Assembly (NCBI GenBank): GCA_047495785.1 | Contig: JBLDXI010000036.1 | Coordinates: 930,001-994,000 of the forward strand | Length of the DNA stretch: 64,000 nucleotides | Origin: Lepidodermella squamata | Taxonomy: Eukaryota; Animalia; Gastrotricha | Reading direction: 5' to 3' | Shown here: positions 1 to 12,847 of the stretch, one piece after another | How the letters are laid out: the number at the start of each line of letters is the position of its first letter | Position numbering within the stretch: the stretch's first letter is position 1 | Program-made: the position numbers and the translations under genes | The notes under the pieces: model-generated | What the model was told of the DNA's origin: nothing | Seen by the model: only the letters and a program-made list of their open reading frames with translations | Database searches by the model: none

Positions 1-899
1 GGCAGTTCTATGGCCGTAGTAATATAACATATAACCAGACGAGGATGATTCTTGATAGGCCCCTCGCGAATGAAGGCCGCTCTCCTCATCATCAAACTCA
101 ACTTCTTCAACAGGATCAAACCCAGATGATTGCGCGACCACAAAGAGCGGAGCTATAACTCAATTATTACGCTATTACGCGCAGTTAACTTGGAGGAATT
201 ATCTCTATGTCATCCTCATCATGAAAATGTCATTCTCATAAGCTTCTGATTCTACTTATTCATCATCAGTAACTCACAATTTCTAGGAAAATCCAATATC
301 GAAGAGTAAAACCAAAGCATGATTGAATGATGCTAAATCATGGCGAGCTGTTTCAAATAATCAGGTCTCGCGCATTCCGAATTCCGACAGGTTAAGCTCA
401 TGTTCCGATAAATTAAGCTAATGTTTCGATGTAATAATGCAGTAAAATGACTTTCCGATGGTTTAATTTAGTTTTCACCCTTTCTATATATTTCCGACGT
501 TTTAAGTAAAAATGGTTCGCGAAAAGAAATTATTAGTTCGATGGAATGATGTAGACCCCATCTACTTAACCGAAGTTTAGCAATTTCAGAGAGACTTTCA
601 GCGAAATGTTGACCTGTTTTTTACGTTCGACCGTTCGGCCGAAATTTCCTAAATTTCCGCCCGGGCTGACATTGAAATCTAAATTATAGAGGATAATTTA
701 TATTTTATCTCTTATGAAGATTTTCGCGATCATTCTAGGGATCCCAAGTCAGCCAGCGGAAATTAGAACGTTATTGGAACGCATGTGTTTAATATGGCTG
801 CTAAGTTCAGGACTTGCCGATCAACTCTCAAAATCACGGAGAATCTTCAAAATGTCCTCGCTTCTCACGTCATTGTGTTGAGTCATTTAACGACGAGGG

Positions 900-1090
900 A
901 ATGACAAGGGAAGCGACAACAGCTTGTAACAGTAGCAAAAGTGTTTCTACTTTCCCTGGCAAGTCCAATATCCAAGGTCGCACCTTGTCGAACGGCCTAA
1001 GAATAAAAGTATGATTGACGCTGGCCATAAGTATGAACCCCGTCATCGACACATCAGGGGCAAAGTACAAGAAAGTGATTCCAGAAAGTT
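900..1090 (-). pseudogene. Relic fragment of the second LamG-like domain (a second, more decayed copy at ~12530-12630)
   Basis: FAPDVSMTGFILMASVNHTFILRPF matches FAPDASTTGFRLTADVNRTFILRPY of intact copies. Confidence 0.65.
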
Positions 1091-1328
1091 CCAGAAAGAC
1101 TCTTGTCTTATTCATATAGTTTCTCATATGAAGCTCTAGAAAAAGAAAATTCAGTTCAGCCTCGGGTCGGCCTGTAGCGTTTTTGATTTATTCTTTATTC
1201 TAAACACCAGCGTTATATATCAGCCTCGTTATTACACTACTTGAACACTTCATATTTCCAATTCCCACAGATAAACACATTAATAATTTAGAATTGTCTT
1301 CACTGGAAATTGATGATGATAGCCGATC

Positions 1329-4300
1329 TCACAGCAATTCAGGAATCGCAAAAGCAGCACAATAGATTTCTAGAACTCGCTGGTTTTCGAAGGAAACATA
1401 AGCAGTTGAGAAAACATTGAGGCAAGCGATGCTTCCCATCAACGGCTCGACCGGAGTAGCCCAGGATCTATGAACAAAAAACGCATTCTCGTCAATAAAC
1501 ACTTCTGATTATTAGTAAATGGTACAAACCCTGCCAAGTTGAATGAAGCGGATGTGGTGAACGGAGAGGCAGGCGGAAAATCCGCGGGTCCAGTTCTTAA
1601 ATTACAAGTAATGTACACTGTTCCTGCATCGGCGTCGTAACCTATCTTAAGATGGTGCCATGCGTTTTCAGCGGTTCCGTCACATTTAACTGATATATCA
1701 GCCGACCCATCGCCATACGGCCTCAGCGTAAACGTTTGACCGACGTCGGCTGTAAGTCTGAAACCAGGCATCGATCCATCAGGAGCAAATTCGAGGATTG
1801 TGCCTTTCTGCGAAGCCGAAGCAGCGAACAAAAACATCGTGGAATTAGCGTTCAGCTTGAACTTCTCAGCAGTCGCAGTTATGGGATTGGTTGAGTTGTA
1901 GTAAAAGGCCGTGTTAGGCCTGCCGAACGGCCCAGACACTTGTTTAAGAGCGGTATTTGTGAAATCAGCTCTAGGATCGATGCGGTCGTTCAGATCAGAA
2001 ACTAAAGGCCAACTGGCAATTAACCCAGGCAGTCGAGAGTTTAACACGTCCATGGTCAAAATCTTTCCGAGCTGGATTTGAAGACACTTTTTGCGTAGAA
2101 TCCATAATTGGTCCTCGGACATCAAGTGCTTGTGAAGCGAAAAACAAGCCAGCCTGCCTTTGAACGTGTCGGTTACGGCAAGTCCTCCGCCGAGTTTCAT
2201 TTTTGAGCTGACTTGCGGTCTAAATCCGAGTAATGGTGCCGGGTCGACACGATTGTCTTGTAACATCAGTAAATTATCCGTATCAAAGTTGTAAGATATA
2301 GCGATGAAAGACCAATTCGGATCCACATTTGGCACAACCGTCATTTCTTGAGCGGTAAGCGGACCTATAAAGACAATCTCCGATGATTTTGACAGTGTAC
2401 GGAATATGGAGAACTTCATATCAGAAACGTTTTTTTTCACGCAGTCAGGAAGAAAGGGGAGAGGGGAGTTGCTGTAAAAGTTCATATTCGAAGGGCGATA
2501 TTTCCCTCTCAGTTGTCTTTCGGCCACTGCTAAATACGCTACATCAGCATCAAAAAATTGGTACGTGAGGGACGTGAATAAAAACATGAATATAGTTTCG
2601 GCACTTGCGAATAGTATGAAGTCTTCAATTCAATGGGGCTTAATCAAGGCTGGATTAAAATTCGGGTGGCCCCTGGGCACTTCCTGGTTAGTATATTTTC
2701 CCGCAAAACCGGTTGTCTAAAAGCCATGAGTCATTTTTCTGAAATTTAGGGCGCCTGAAGCAACGAAAATTCCATTTATTATTAAATTGTGTATTGACAT
2801 TTCTTTAATTTCTCCTCAATTACAAAGCTCAACGACCGAGCCCAGAAAAAATATAGAATTGTCGTCAAAAATATAGGTCGAGTCGCTATGACAATTCGAT
2901 ATTTTACGGTATAACATTCGTAAATCGTTCATATCTGAACTCGCCGCACTCGATTCACTCATCGCAACTCGCCTCCGGCTCGTTCCGACTCGTAAATCTC
3001 GGGCGGCTCCGTACAGATATAAACGTTTTACTCATGTCATACCATACAAATATAACACTGTGTCTATATTTTTAACCTTGAAACACAAATCTATATTTTT
3101 TCATACTTCAAATATAGATTTGAGTATGAACTATATTTCTGATCTATATCTGAAATATAGATTCAGGTGTGTCTATATTTTTGACCTGGAAAATCTATAT
3201 TTTGAATATAGATGCCCATTTCCAAGCCCAATACTTTCGAGTTCTTGGAACAGCCAATTCTAACGGAAAAACACAGGGATATAGTTTTCGCAACGCAATT
3301 TATTATGAAAGAAAATGGAGAAATTCAATTTCGAGAATAATTTAGACGGGGAAAGCTTGGCAGGCGGGCAGCAAAAATTGGCCGTAGGAACTAGAATTTC
3401 TCAGAAAACTCCGGAAAATCGGGCAGCATTTCGTCCCCGCTGTGCATGAATTCGCAGCGATTCGTGGGTCGGATCGCGCAGAAGATCCTCGAACAGGTAC
3501 GGTCAGCAAGTCGCCTCCAAAAGCACCGGGAGCGCTGCGCAGAAGATCCAGAAAAATCCGACAGCATTTAGTCTTTAGTCCCCAACTCGCAGAAATCACC
3601 ACCTGGGATTGCATCTTGCAGCACTTGGTCAGCGACAGTTCCGATTCGATTGCAGTGCAAAAATCGATGTCCCAAACACCGTTGCAACGCGCTTGTCCGA
3701 AACTGAGCCATTTTCAACGACCGGAGATGAAATCCAGACGGACTGTCATCGATTCTCGTGCATCGCATCCAGACGCGTGTCGTTCAAATCGAACCAGTTT
3801 CTTCAGGTTGTAAAGGCGCAAGGTTTTCGCGAACGAATTTCGAGGGAAGCAGGCTTCAGGGTTGATGGGTAATCGAGCTATTCGGCGTCGAATGCGGCAG
3901 GATTGCCAATCGGAGCAGAATTCCGGGAGCATTTGTTCGCAAAATTCGAGCATAGGGTGGTGCGGAAATTCGACGTTCAAAACGAGACAAAATTCGAACG
4001 AATGAGAAAAAATGAGCGAAAATGAATGGCAAGCCAGTTTTAGATGAAATTTTAAGATGTATTTTTTATATTTATTATTTCTGCGTTGCGAAAAATATAG
4101 ACACTCGTATAGATCGAGTAAAACTCATTCACCTCGTGAAATCTCGTCTCCACTCGCCTGCCGGCTCGTTCTGCCTCGATTTCACTCGTTTCATTCGTTT
4201 TACTCGATCTATATTTCGTGCTTCACTCAAATATAGATTCCTACTCATGTTATATATAGCTTGATCCCAACAAAATTGCTGAATATCCTGCGAAATTCCT

Positions 4301-7300
4301 CACTCAGATTATTCCCTAAATGTCGACTGTACTAGTAAATACTAGTGATAAATCTTTGGGGATTGGGGATCAGCATTACTAGAGATTAACAATAAAGCAT
4401 CAGCCAATGCTAATACCTGTCCAGCTTCGAAATATTTCGTTTTCTCTGTCAATTGCAGCGCCAGTCAAATCTGCTGTATCGTCGTAGTACTCAAAAATTC
4501 TTTGCAAGCCGGTGGAACCTAACGGGAAGAAAACGTATGCAGCAAGCGTGAAAGACGAATTTTTGACATCGAGCAAGCTGTTTTCCAAGAGCACGGATCC
4601 AGCTGTTGAATCAATAGAAAGCGCTGAGCTGCTGTAGGGACCGCTGTCGTAGTTCAAGGATGCACCAGTGTAATTTCCGTTGATGCCGTTACCACTGATG
4701 TCACTCGTACCGAATTCCTGGCTGAGAGGCAGATAAAGTGTTTCGAATGGGAGCCCGAACGGAGTCTCTGGGAAGAAATTGTTTCTTAAATGCGTCGAAA
4801 ATTAATAAATGGTGGCTTACGCGTATCACAGAGCTCAGCACTTTTAAACATCAATGTTGAAGTCTGAACATGGAAATAGCTGTGATGAAGTGATGAAACA
4901 TCAGCATAAAATTGCAGGTCTCACCCAGTTTTGAGGGCAGTCGTTTGCTACAGGAACGCATTTCGCCGCCATAAGTAGGGGATAGGTGCAAAGCTTGTGC
5001 TAAAAAAAAAGAAAAAATTGTGATAAAATATCTTGCCTAACAGAATCATGATCGGAAATGGAAAGAAATGTTCAAACTTTAAGTCTTGACAAATAAAAAC
5101 TGGCCCAGAAGTAAGGTTTGGTCAGCGAGTTTGAGCCGAACTGAAGAAAGTAGACAAGTGCGAGCGAAGCGAGCAATTTTTTTGAAAATTTTTTGGTCCA
5201 AAAGCTCTGTCCAAAGGCTGAAAAATTGATAGTTAAAGCCGGTTTCACAAATCATAAGGGTCCCCCCCTGTGGAATTTTCCAACTAGATTCAGAAAATAT
5301 GGGGGCCCTTGGGGCATAAGGGTCCCCCCTTTGGATTTTTCTCGAAGGGCCCGAAAATTGCCTTGTTTGCCTAATGGAAAATCCGGCACTGAAACTGGGC
5401 GAAATTCAGCTCTTATGAGGTGGTTGATTTGTTGCGTAACAAAATTTTGTATAAGATCATCGCATCGGCTCGAGCAGTCCTTAATGCTGAATCGCCTCTT
5501 ACTAGAAAATGTTGACGACTTGCGCAACACGGCTAAATTCCGATCGGAAATCAGAGGTTGGGAGAATTTATTTGGAGAATCAGTTGGCAGTTGGCAGTTG
5601 GCAGTTGGGAGATCAAGATCAGGAACTAAAAAACAACAAACCAGAAATTTCGTTAGATCATGACTACTGCCGAAATTTAAAATTATTAATAAATTAGTAA
5701 AAATTAGCCATGCAAAGTATTTTTCCTCTATTATTGGGACGATTCATAATTGTTGCCAAAATAATCAACGAATTAGGTATGTAACAAAACTCCAGGAAAT
5801 AACGAGGATAAAAGACTACAAGACTAAAAAAAGTTTTTGTATCGTTTACATCGTCAAAAATACCGTAAATTCATCAGTAGCGTCCGTCTTGCAAGTGTCG
5901 TGATTTTCTTTGAACGACGTCGAGTTACCATAGATTTTAACCTGACGCAATGAAATACATTGTTGCAGATTCAAAACCTTATCGAGACGATGGCCCAAGT
6001 ACCCGTGTACCAGTCGTAAAAGCTCCATAGCACTGCTTGCCGTTGCTTGTTTCACACTTGGCGGCTCTCTGTGAAGGATTAATAAATCATTACATGAAGT
6101 CCCAAGTTGAACATGGTATTTTAATTGATTTGTGGACGAAAGTTTCAAAATTGTTACGAGAATAGCATGAAAATGACATAGATTTACCCCTTTCAGGCAG
6201 TTTTCCCTGTTGCTGAACGTAGCAGATGACAATTCCCGAGTTTCAGCACCAGCCTGGCAGCCAGTTGTCTCGAGGCGGCAATCAATGAAGCTCCCGTTGG
6301 ACGAGCTGAAGCACCTCACATGCGGTTTCTGGGTGTCTGGAACTTGAACTGTTAAAATTCAATATACAAGTTCAACATTCGATAATTAAAATCAAAATTG
6401 AAGAAAAACTCACGTGAAGTTCCCGATATGCATTGACCAAGATTGCCAAATGGACTGCCACTTGATTCGAGCTATCAGTATTTTGGTAACATGATCATCG
6501 AAAATTCACACTTATAATTTCTAACCCAGTTCTCGGGGCAGGCGAAGTTGACTGGTACACAAGTTTTCACCACTCCGTTGTCCGTGCATCGTTTAAAAGC
6601 TTGATTCTAATAATTACAATTTAAAACGCAAAGGTAGCAAATAGCAAATAACGAAACATTTACCGCGAATTTTGACCTCGCGCTGTTACAAGCGGCCAAG
6701 CTGTCTTTAAGTGTAATGTTTCTGTACCAATCTAGCTGGAATTGAATGAAGTTACAAATTTAAATTAAATCGATCGCCGAGCAGTGGATTTACCTCGATT
6801 TCTCTGTCTGCAGCTTCCTCTTCACTCAATTGACACTTGCCCAGGCCGGGATTGCAACGTGGTGTTAGGGCGCCGTATTTGTAGCACATTTTAGCATTCT
6901 CATATTGATACAAAATTGCAGCAAAAATGAGCGGCAATTTAAATATTTCATACCCCCAATCGGCAGGTTTGTAGATCTGGGAACAAGGGTCCCCACTAAG
7001 GAAAATAAATGGGAATTTATCAATGGAATTGGAGCGATTGGATAGGATCTTCAAGCAGAAAATAAAATTGAAGATTGAAGATTGAATTTTAAATTTTAAA
7101 TCCTTCAATTCATTTTATTTTTTGTTGTGATTTAAGATAAAAACGTTCCTAAATCCTGAAAGCCATGAGATCGAAGTAAATGTTTTCATTAAATTCGGGT
7201 AAATACTGAAGATTCTATAATTTTTGAACACAATCGGCGTCCAATTTATTGAAGTTCCCTGTTTGACCTCAAATAGGACAACTTTAATAAAATTTGGCTG

Positions 7301-7623
7301 AAAACGACAAAATCTGGCAAAAATAAAACCATCTTGAATCCTGAGAGCCTTGAAATTATTCATAATTTATATCAAAACATAAATTACACCAAGAGGAATT
7401 TTGAGGTAAAATTTCGATGTAGAGTAATTTATTCGATTTATTAAATAAAATTATCTAAAAATACCTGATACTCGGTGATAGGATCACATGTTGGGTTGTT
7501 ATCACGGCATGAAGTGAATGCGTTGTTGGTCACTTGGAAGCATCGCTTGAAAACCTGGCCTGACCCCAAGACGATCAACGTGAACAAAATCACGCAGATG
7601 ATTTCGGTATTAAAGCTTCGCAT
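1329..7623 (-). CDS. Array copy 1: secreted Cys-rich module x6 + tandem LamG/pentraxin-like protein (14 exons)
   Basis: ATG 7623 MRSFNTEIICVILFTLIVLGSG signal peptide. Exons are homologous to the other copies, with GT-AG introns (KRCFQVTNNAFTSC, MCYKYGALTPRC, RCFSSSNGSFIDC, DISGNGING, ACFSLHKH, WPLVSDLND, GPFGRPNTAFY). Last exon SWATPVEPLMGS...AIPELL-TGA at 1329. Intron 12 is expanded to ~2 kb. Confidence 0.85.
2905..4260. mobile_element. Composite insertion in intron 12 of copy 1: two hairpin elements plus tctatattt/aaatataga repeats around a GC-richer core
   Basis: Palindromic hairpins at ~2909-3042 and ~4107-4213 share the loop actcgcct(g)ccggctcgttc. gtgtctatattttt (3059) is inverted with aaaaatatagacac (4091). 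The region is absent from the copy 2 intron. Confidence 0.5.
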
Positions 7624-7993
7624 TGCTAGTTTATTCGAGAAAATAAAAACGAATAATGACAGGAGAGGCTGAATTCACTCGTTTAGGACTGGCCCGTGGC
7701 TCGTGCTAAAAAATGACATCACATGATTAAAATACTTTCAAAACAACATCACATGCAATTTTTGAACCAGACATGCTAGACAAAAAAATAGCATCGATTT
7801 AACCCGACATGGCGATATCACAAAAGCAGGCGATATCATGATTTTGAACAAACGTCTACCGTTATGCGACATTTATTTTTTAAACTCTTCAGCCAATTTG
7901 AAACAATGGACTTCGAAACTGTCGCTCATTTGAATTCGAGTCGAATTGTCTCGGGATTTTGTGTGAAGAGTTGGCCGTTATCTACACCAAATA

Positions 7994-9666
7994 CGGTAAC
8001 GGGTCCTAACTTTGGACAAAACACCTTTTTTAATTTTAAAAAATTCGGTTTTCGTCTAAAAAATGGAAAAAAATAGCCAAACCTCCGCCCAAACCTCTGC
8101 GTGGACAGGTTTGGAAAATTTAGAAGCTCACCTTGATTTAAAAAAAAATAGGTAAAGAAACCTCTAAATTTGGACACTCGTTCCCAAATTTGGACACCTC
8201 ATTTGCATATGCTAATTCGACCTTACACACATTTTATTCCTTGTTGCGCAATTTTTCTCGTTTTTCGTTTTTAAAGGCGACTTTTGTAGCCACTTGACAC
8301 TAAAATATTGCTACCGATAGGATTCACTCATCGTCAGATTTAATGCAGATGTACGCAATACCAATTATACACCAGGCTTTTAATACCGTTAATGAACGAT
8401 GAATCTTCTCAAAACTATGATAAACCAGGCGAAAATGTCTCTGAAGCACCGAGTCTCACTTAGAAAGTAGACGGAGGGACTCATTCAAACCTCAACCCAT
8501 GGTTTAACCTCAAACTCAGTTTCTTTATCGCCGAACTATTGATATTATTTACCGAAAGTGAACTGTCATTTGTCCCATGGTACCTGCTGTTCACCTGTTT
8601 AATTAAAGATTGAGCGCCGTCGGATTTGTATTCGGATTCGGATTCATTATTATTCTCTATGCTCTCTAGCCAAAATCATGAAAGCATAGCCTAGGCCGGG
8701 AGTCATTAAGCTAATTCCAAGGTTCCATCAATGCGTTGCCATTCTTTTCAAAAACTGACATAAAGCATACATTTCGTTTGCATATGCATAGAGATAAAAA
8801 TATCATTAGAAGTGTCCAAATTTAGAGGCTAAATTCAAAGTCACCTGTATCAAAATTGGCTTGTCCTTCTGCCGAGATTTTTTTACAGAATTTAGTTTAG
8901 GTAAATCCTTATGCTGAGGAATAACGGAAAAATAAAAACATGGTTAGATAGATATTAAAATTGTAGATATCAGAAAAATAAAAGCTCATCCAATGGCCTC
9001 GGTTGGGGTCACCTTAAAAGCAAAAAACACATTTTCCGGAAGTAGTACCGGAAGCACACCAAGTTGCGTGACGCGCGCGCGCGTACAACTAAAATTATGT
9101 AGTGCGCGTAAAACTTTTTTATTTTGATTTTTTCACGCGAGAACCCCATATTCATTTGAAAGAGAATTGTCTGAAGTTTATTTTGGTATAAAAACCGCCA
9201 CGAAACTGTAATGTAGCCCTTTGACATCAGCGCGCGCGGCCTAATTTCTTTAAAAATTTCGTGTTTCGCGCACATAATACGCAAATAGGTAGCGCTACTG
9301 CGCGCACATACACACACACAACACACACAACAGGAGGTGGCTACTTTCCTCAAATAAATTCGCTTATTTAATGTTATGATATTAAGCGATTGAGCGCACG
9401 GTGCAAGGTGTTAGGAAAAAATTACATATCAGCTTGATTTTTCGCGTTATAGCTCCCTATTAGCTCCCCAATTTTCCTCACAAACTGTTACCCATAAATT
9501 GCCAAATTATTTACTTAAAATGTATGCATTACACGGAGTCCACGAGCAGATAAATTTACAGGATCTTATCTGAAATTTTAATGGCTTCTCTATATTTTGG
9601 ATGGCCCCCCTGCTTTTGCTAGTTTGGGTCGAAGTTCAAAGTGTCCAAATTTAGGGCGCGTTACGG
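7994..9666. mobile_element. Non-autonomous Tc1/mariner-superfamily-like DNA transposon
   Basis: Imperfect TIRs cggtaacgggtcctaactttggaca / tgtccaaatttagggcgcgttacgg, flanked by TA on both sides. Internal aaatttggacac repeats. Absent from the paralogous site near 18170. Confidence 0.75.
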
Positions 9667-9861
9667 TAGATAATAATAACGCTTGATTTTTCCTTCAATG
9701 AGTGAGCTTTTTTGAGCTTGGACGCAACAAGATATTTTCTATCACAGGACCCACTCACGATGTTGCCCTGGTATGAAAAAATGCAAATCACTGAATTTCG
9801 GACTTTTCACAGTGAAAACTTCGATAAATTCAGTTTTGATTTTTGAGACAGAAGTATTTGA

Positions 9862-10054
9862 GGCAGACCGCCATAACAGCGAATACCCGAAACAGCGAAC
9901 GCGACAAAACAGCGAAAAATCTAATTTGCGACATAACAGCGATTTTAATATTGCACATCACACAGCATTTTGGGGAGGATTTATCGCTGTTTCGTCGCTT
10001 TCGCTGTTATGTCGCTTTCGCTGTTCTGCGCATTCGCTGTTTTGACGTCCTACC
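9862..10054. mobile_element. MITE with 8-bp TSD (Merlin-like GG...CC termini)
   Basis: TSD gtatttga at 9854-9861 and 10055-10062. TIRs ggcagaccgccataacagcgaat / attcgctgttttgacgtcctacc with internal aacagcga repeats. The empty site (a single gtatttga) is at ~18373. Confidence 0.8.
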
Positions 10055-10254
10055 GTATTTGAATATTTAAATTTTAAGAAATTAATTATGAATTCGAGTT
10101 TTTATCGTAAGAATTTTACCGCGCAATTTCCGAAAACTGAATTTTTCGTCAAATAACCAAAATTTCGACGTTTTCCATTCACAATTTGCCCCTTGTTTTA
10201 AAATAATCAGCTAGACAAAAATGCTTCTTTTATCTGGAGGATAATTTAGAAAAC

Positions 10255-10970
10255 AGAAAACCACGTCTGTTCTGGAAGGAGTTCAAATTCTTTTCGAACA
10301 CTAGCACGGCTTCAAATATCACACATCACCAATCACACTCGGCGATGAAGCCGGCATCAGCGACAAGAAAAAAAGCAAACATCTTTGCAAAGCACCTAGC
10401 TGTGCGGATGATCTCGCCAAAGCCCACTGGCATTTTCAACGCTAACCTGAAAATCAGCGATGTACTTAAGATGTGGAAGGTCACAGAAGCTAGGACCCTA
10501 AAGAAGGGAAAGATTTGAAATCACCAGGGCTGGTTACCGTCGTCTGGAACTGCCTGCCGAAGGATTCAGAGAGGCTCGTCGCTCATCGTGTCCTAAAAAA
10601 TGATCACCAAGAAGATTATTTCGAGAGAGAAGAGCGCGTATGATGGTGGAGTTCCGCAAGTCTCGCCACTCAGCCCCATCTTGTACACGCTGTACACAGC
10701 CGACCTCGTTCGGGATCTTCGACCTCTCGCTGCTGCGAAAAAGCACAAGAGCGAGAAAAGCGCGATCGATCGGGTGAATGATTCCCTCCAGAAAATTGGA
10801 CATAGGTTCAACGAAAGTTAATGTGTGCCTGGATATCCCGATGCCAACCACGGTAAGGCTCATAGAAGCCACTACGAGGCCCTTCGGCCTTCGGGCTTTT
10901 AACTGGGTAAAAAAAAACTTACCAGAATTATACTTGAGACACTGTAAGGCATTTCGAAGGTTCGAAGGTT
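10255..10970 (+). mobile_element. Degenerate non-LTR retrotransposon (LINE) reverse transcriptase fragment
   Basis: GVPQVSPLSPILYTLYTADL corresponds to RT motif GVPQGSxLSPxLF/Y; a PKEGKD motif lies upstream; frameshifted and deleted; paralogous to 19100-19860. Confidence 0.8.
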
Positions 10971-10989
10971 GATCCTACCGCATAGATTC

Positions 10990-11400
10990 AGCTATGCTTC
11001 CCATTTCCCATCAGCGGCTTGACTGGAGTCGTCCATGACCTGTTGAAACAACAGACGATACAAAAAGATACAAATACAGTCATCATACAAACCCGGCCAA
11101 GTTGCATGATCCAGCTGTTGCGAATGGATCTAGCGGTGTAACAGCCTCGGCTGCGGCTCTTGAATCACATTCGAAGGAGATCGCTCTTCTTTCTTGGACT
11201 ATTGTCATTGTTAGAATGTAAATAACAAATGTTAAGACAATGCCATTGAATTCCGCTCGACTCCGCCTCCGGCACATCGAACTGTTGAATCAGCATGGAA
11301 ATTGACATTACCAGGCAAATCGCCACCGAGTTTTACTTTCGAGCCAACCAGTGGTCTGGAAGTGAGCGATTCCTCGTGGATGAAGTTACCGTGAACGAGA
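10990..11400 (-). pseudogene. Internally deleted relic of an array gene (exons 13-14)
   Basis: NFIHEESLTSRPLVGSKVKLGGDLPGNVNF is joined directly to ADSTVRCA, then SFECDSRAAAEAVTPLDPFATAGSCNLAGFV and a degenerate last exon; frameshifted. Confidence 0.8.
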
Positions 11401-11864
11401 TGAGACGAGATGAGAGATGGCGCTGCGACGTTTCTTGCAGAGCCAACTAGTAACATATTGTTCGCAGACGAAGTCGTCAGGCTCTGGTCCATTACATTTG
11501 ATGAGTATGGCTGGGTATAGAAAAGTGGAAGTCATCAATTTCAAATAAATCATGAAATCGACATCTTCAACTGTCTTGGATTTGGGACTTGAAGCTTGAA
11601 CGCTCGTCAATCACAGCAGATTCATTGCGGAAATGCCCCTTTCACACTCAGCAGAGCAAAACGGCAACGTCTTCATAGCTTCGTAAACAAGAAAGCCAGT
11701 TCCCGAGATTGGCACGATATCAAAGAGTCGTTTCATTATGTCGCCCTAATTTGATTGTTGAATATCTGCTTGTTAAATATTCATATACTTATTTTCATAT
11801 TTTTCATGTTGTGTTGACTATTGCATTGTTTTCGATGCTCATCTCGATCAGTCTACTTTTTACG

Positions 11865-12137
11865 GGTGTGACTTTTTTCAACCGACAACCAAAAATGTGA
11901 CTAAAATCATCCGACATGAAAATATCGATTTTCTCGATTTTCCCAAGTTCGATTTTCCGTTGGGGCATGCCCCTTTTATACACCCTATTTTGGCCCCTGA
12001 ACCGGCGGAATTTTATGGTGAAAGATTCATGGCGATCCGAGAAGTCACTTTTTTACTGTAATTTTTTGAGAATATGAAAAAGCAAGTCGGCTGGTTTTAG
12101 TCGTATTTTTGGTTGTCGGATGAAAAAAGTTTTCCCC
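11865..12137. mobile_element. MITE with 9-bp TSD (MULE- or Merlin-like)
   Basis: ctttttacg is duplicated at 11856-11864 and 12138-12146; ~50 bp imperfect TIRs (ttttcaaccgacaaccaaaaat / atttttggttgtcggatgaaaa). Confidence 0.75.
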
Positions 12138-12847
12138 CTTTTTACGCTACCATTTTCAATGTTGTTGTTGCTGAAACATTTCCATTGATCACTTGTCTGA
12201 GCTGTCCTCTTCTGGGCGTTATGGCTCCCTAAATTAATAATAAATAAACAGCTAGTGAAAATGCCTGAACCTTTAGCCGTCTCATTCTGGATGATTATAA
12301 TTTAGACTTGACTTTTGAAGATTTTCGCTGCATTGTTTTCAGGAGGATCCCAAGTCAGCATTTGAACATTATTAGACGCCTTTGTTTGCTATGTTTTATG
12401 AAACTCAAGACACGCCTATCAACATCAAAAGCATTGAAAATCTTCACAATTCCGTCGGTTTGCTCTTTTTTGTTGTATCAACAGTCATTTTGGCAGATGC
12501 AGCAGCAACAAAATTTCTATCCTTGATAAAGGTCGCACACTGTGGTACAGCCTGGCGTCGGCCGTGTTAGGCTAAACCCAGACCATCTCTAAATCAGAGG
12601 CAAAGTATCGGAAAGTGAGTCCAGGAAGTTCAGGTTCAGCTAAAATACAGTGACTCATTAAAATTTCACATATGAAGCTCAGAAATTCAGATTCAGTCGC
12701 CAGCCTCATAGAACTGCCAGCTACGTTGTTTGATTTATTACATTAATCGGCTTTAAATATCAGCCTCGTTATAACTCTACATGAACACTTCATACTCGCA
12801 ATTCCCACGGATAAGCACATGTATAATTTAGAATTGTCTTCACTGGA

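Noticed and set aside
5193-5663. 156 aa plus-strand ORF in intron 9 of copy 1
   Set aside because: It spans a hairpin-containing repeat insertion and low-complexity cagttgg repeats; no protein-like signal.
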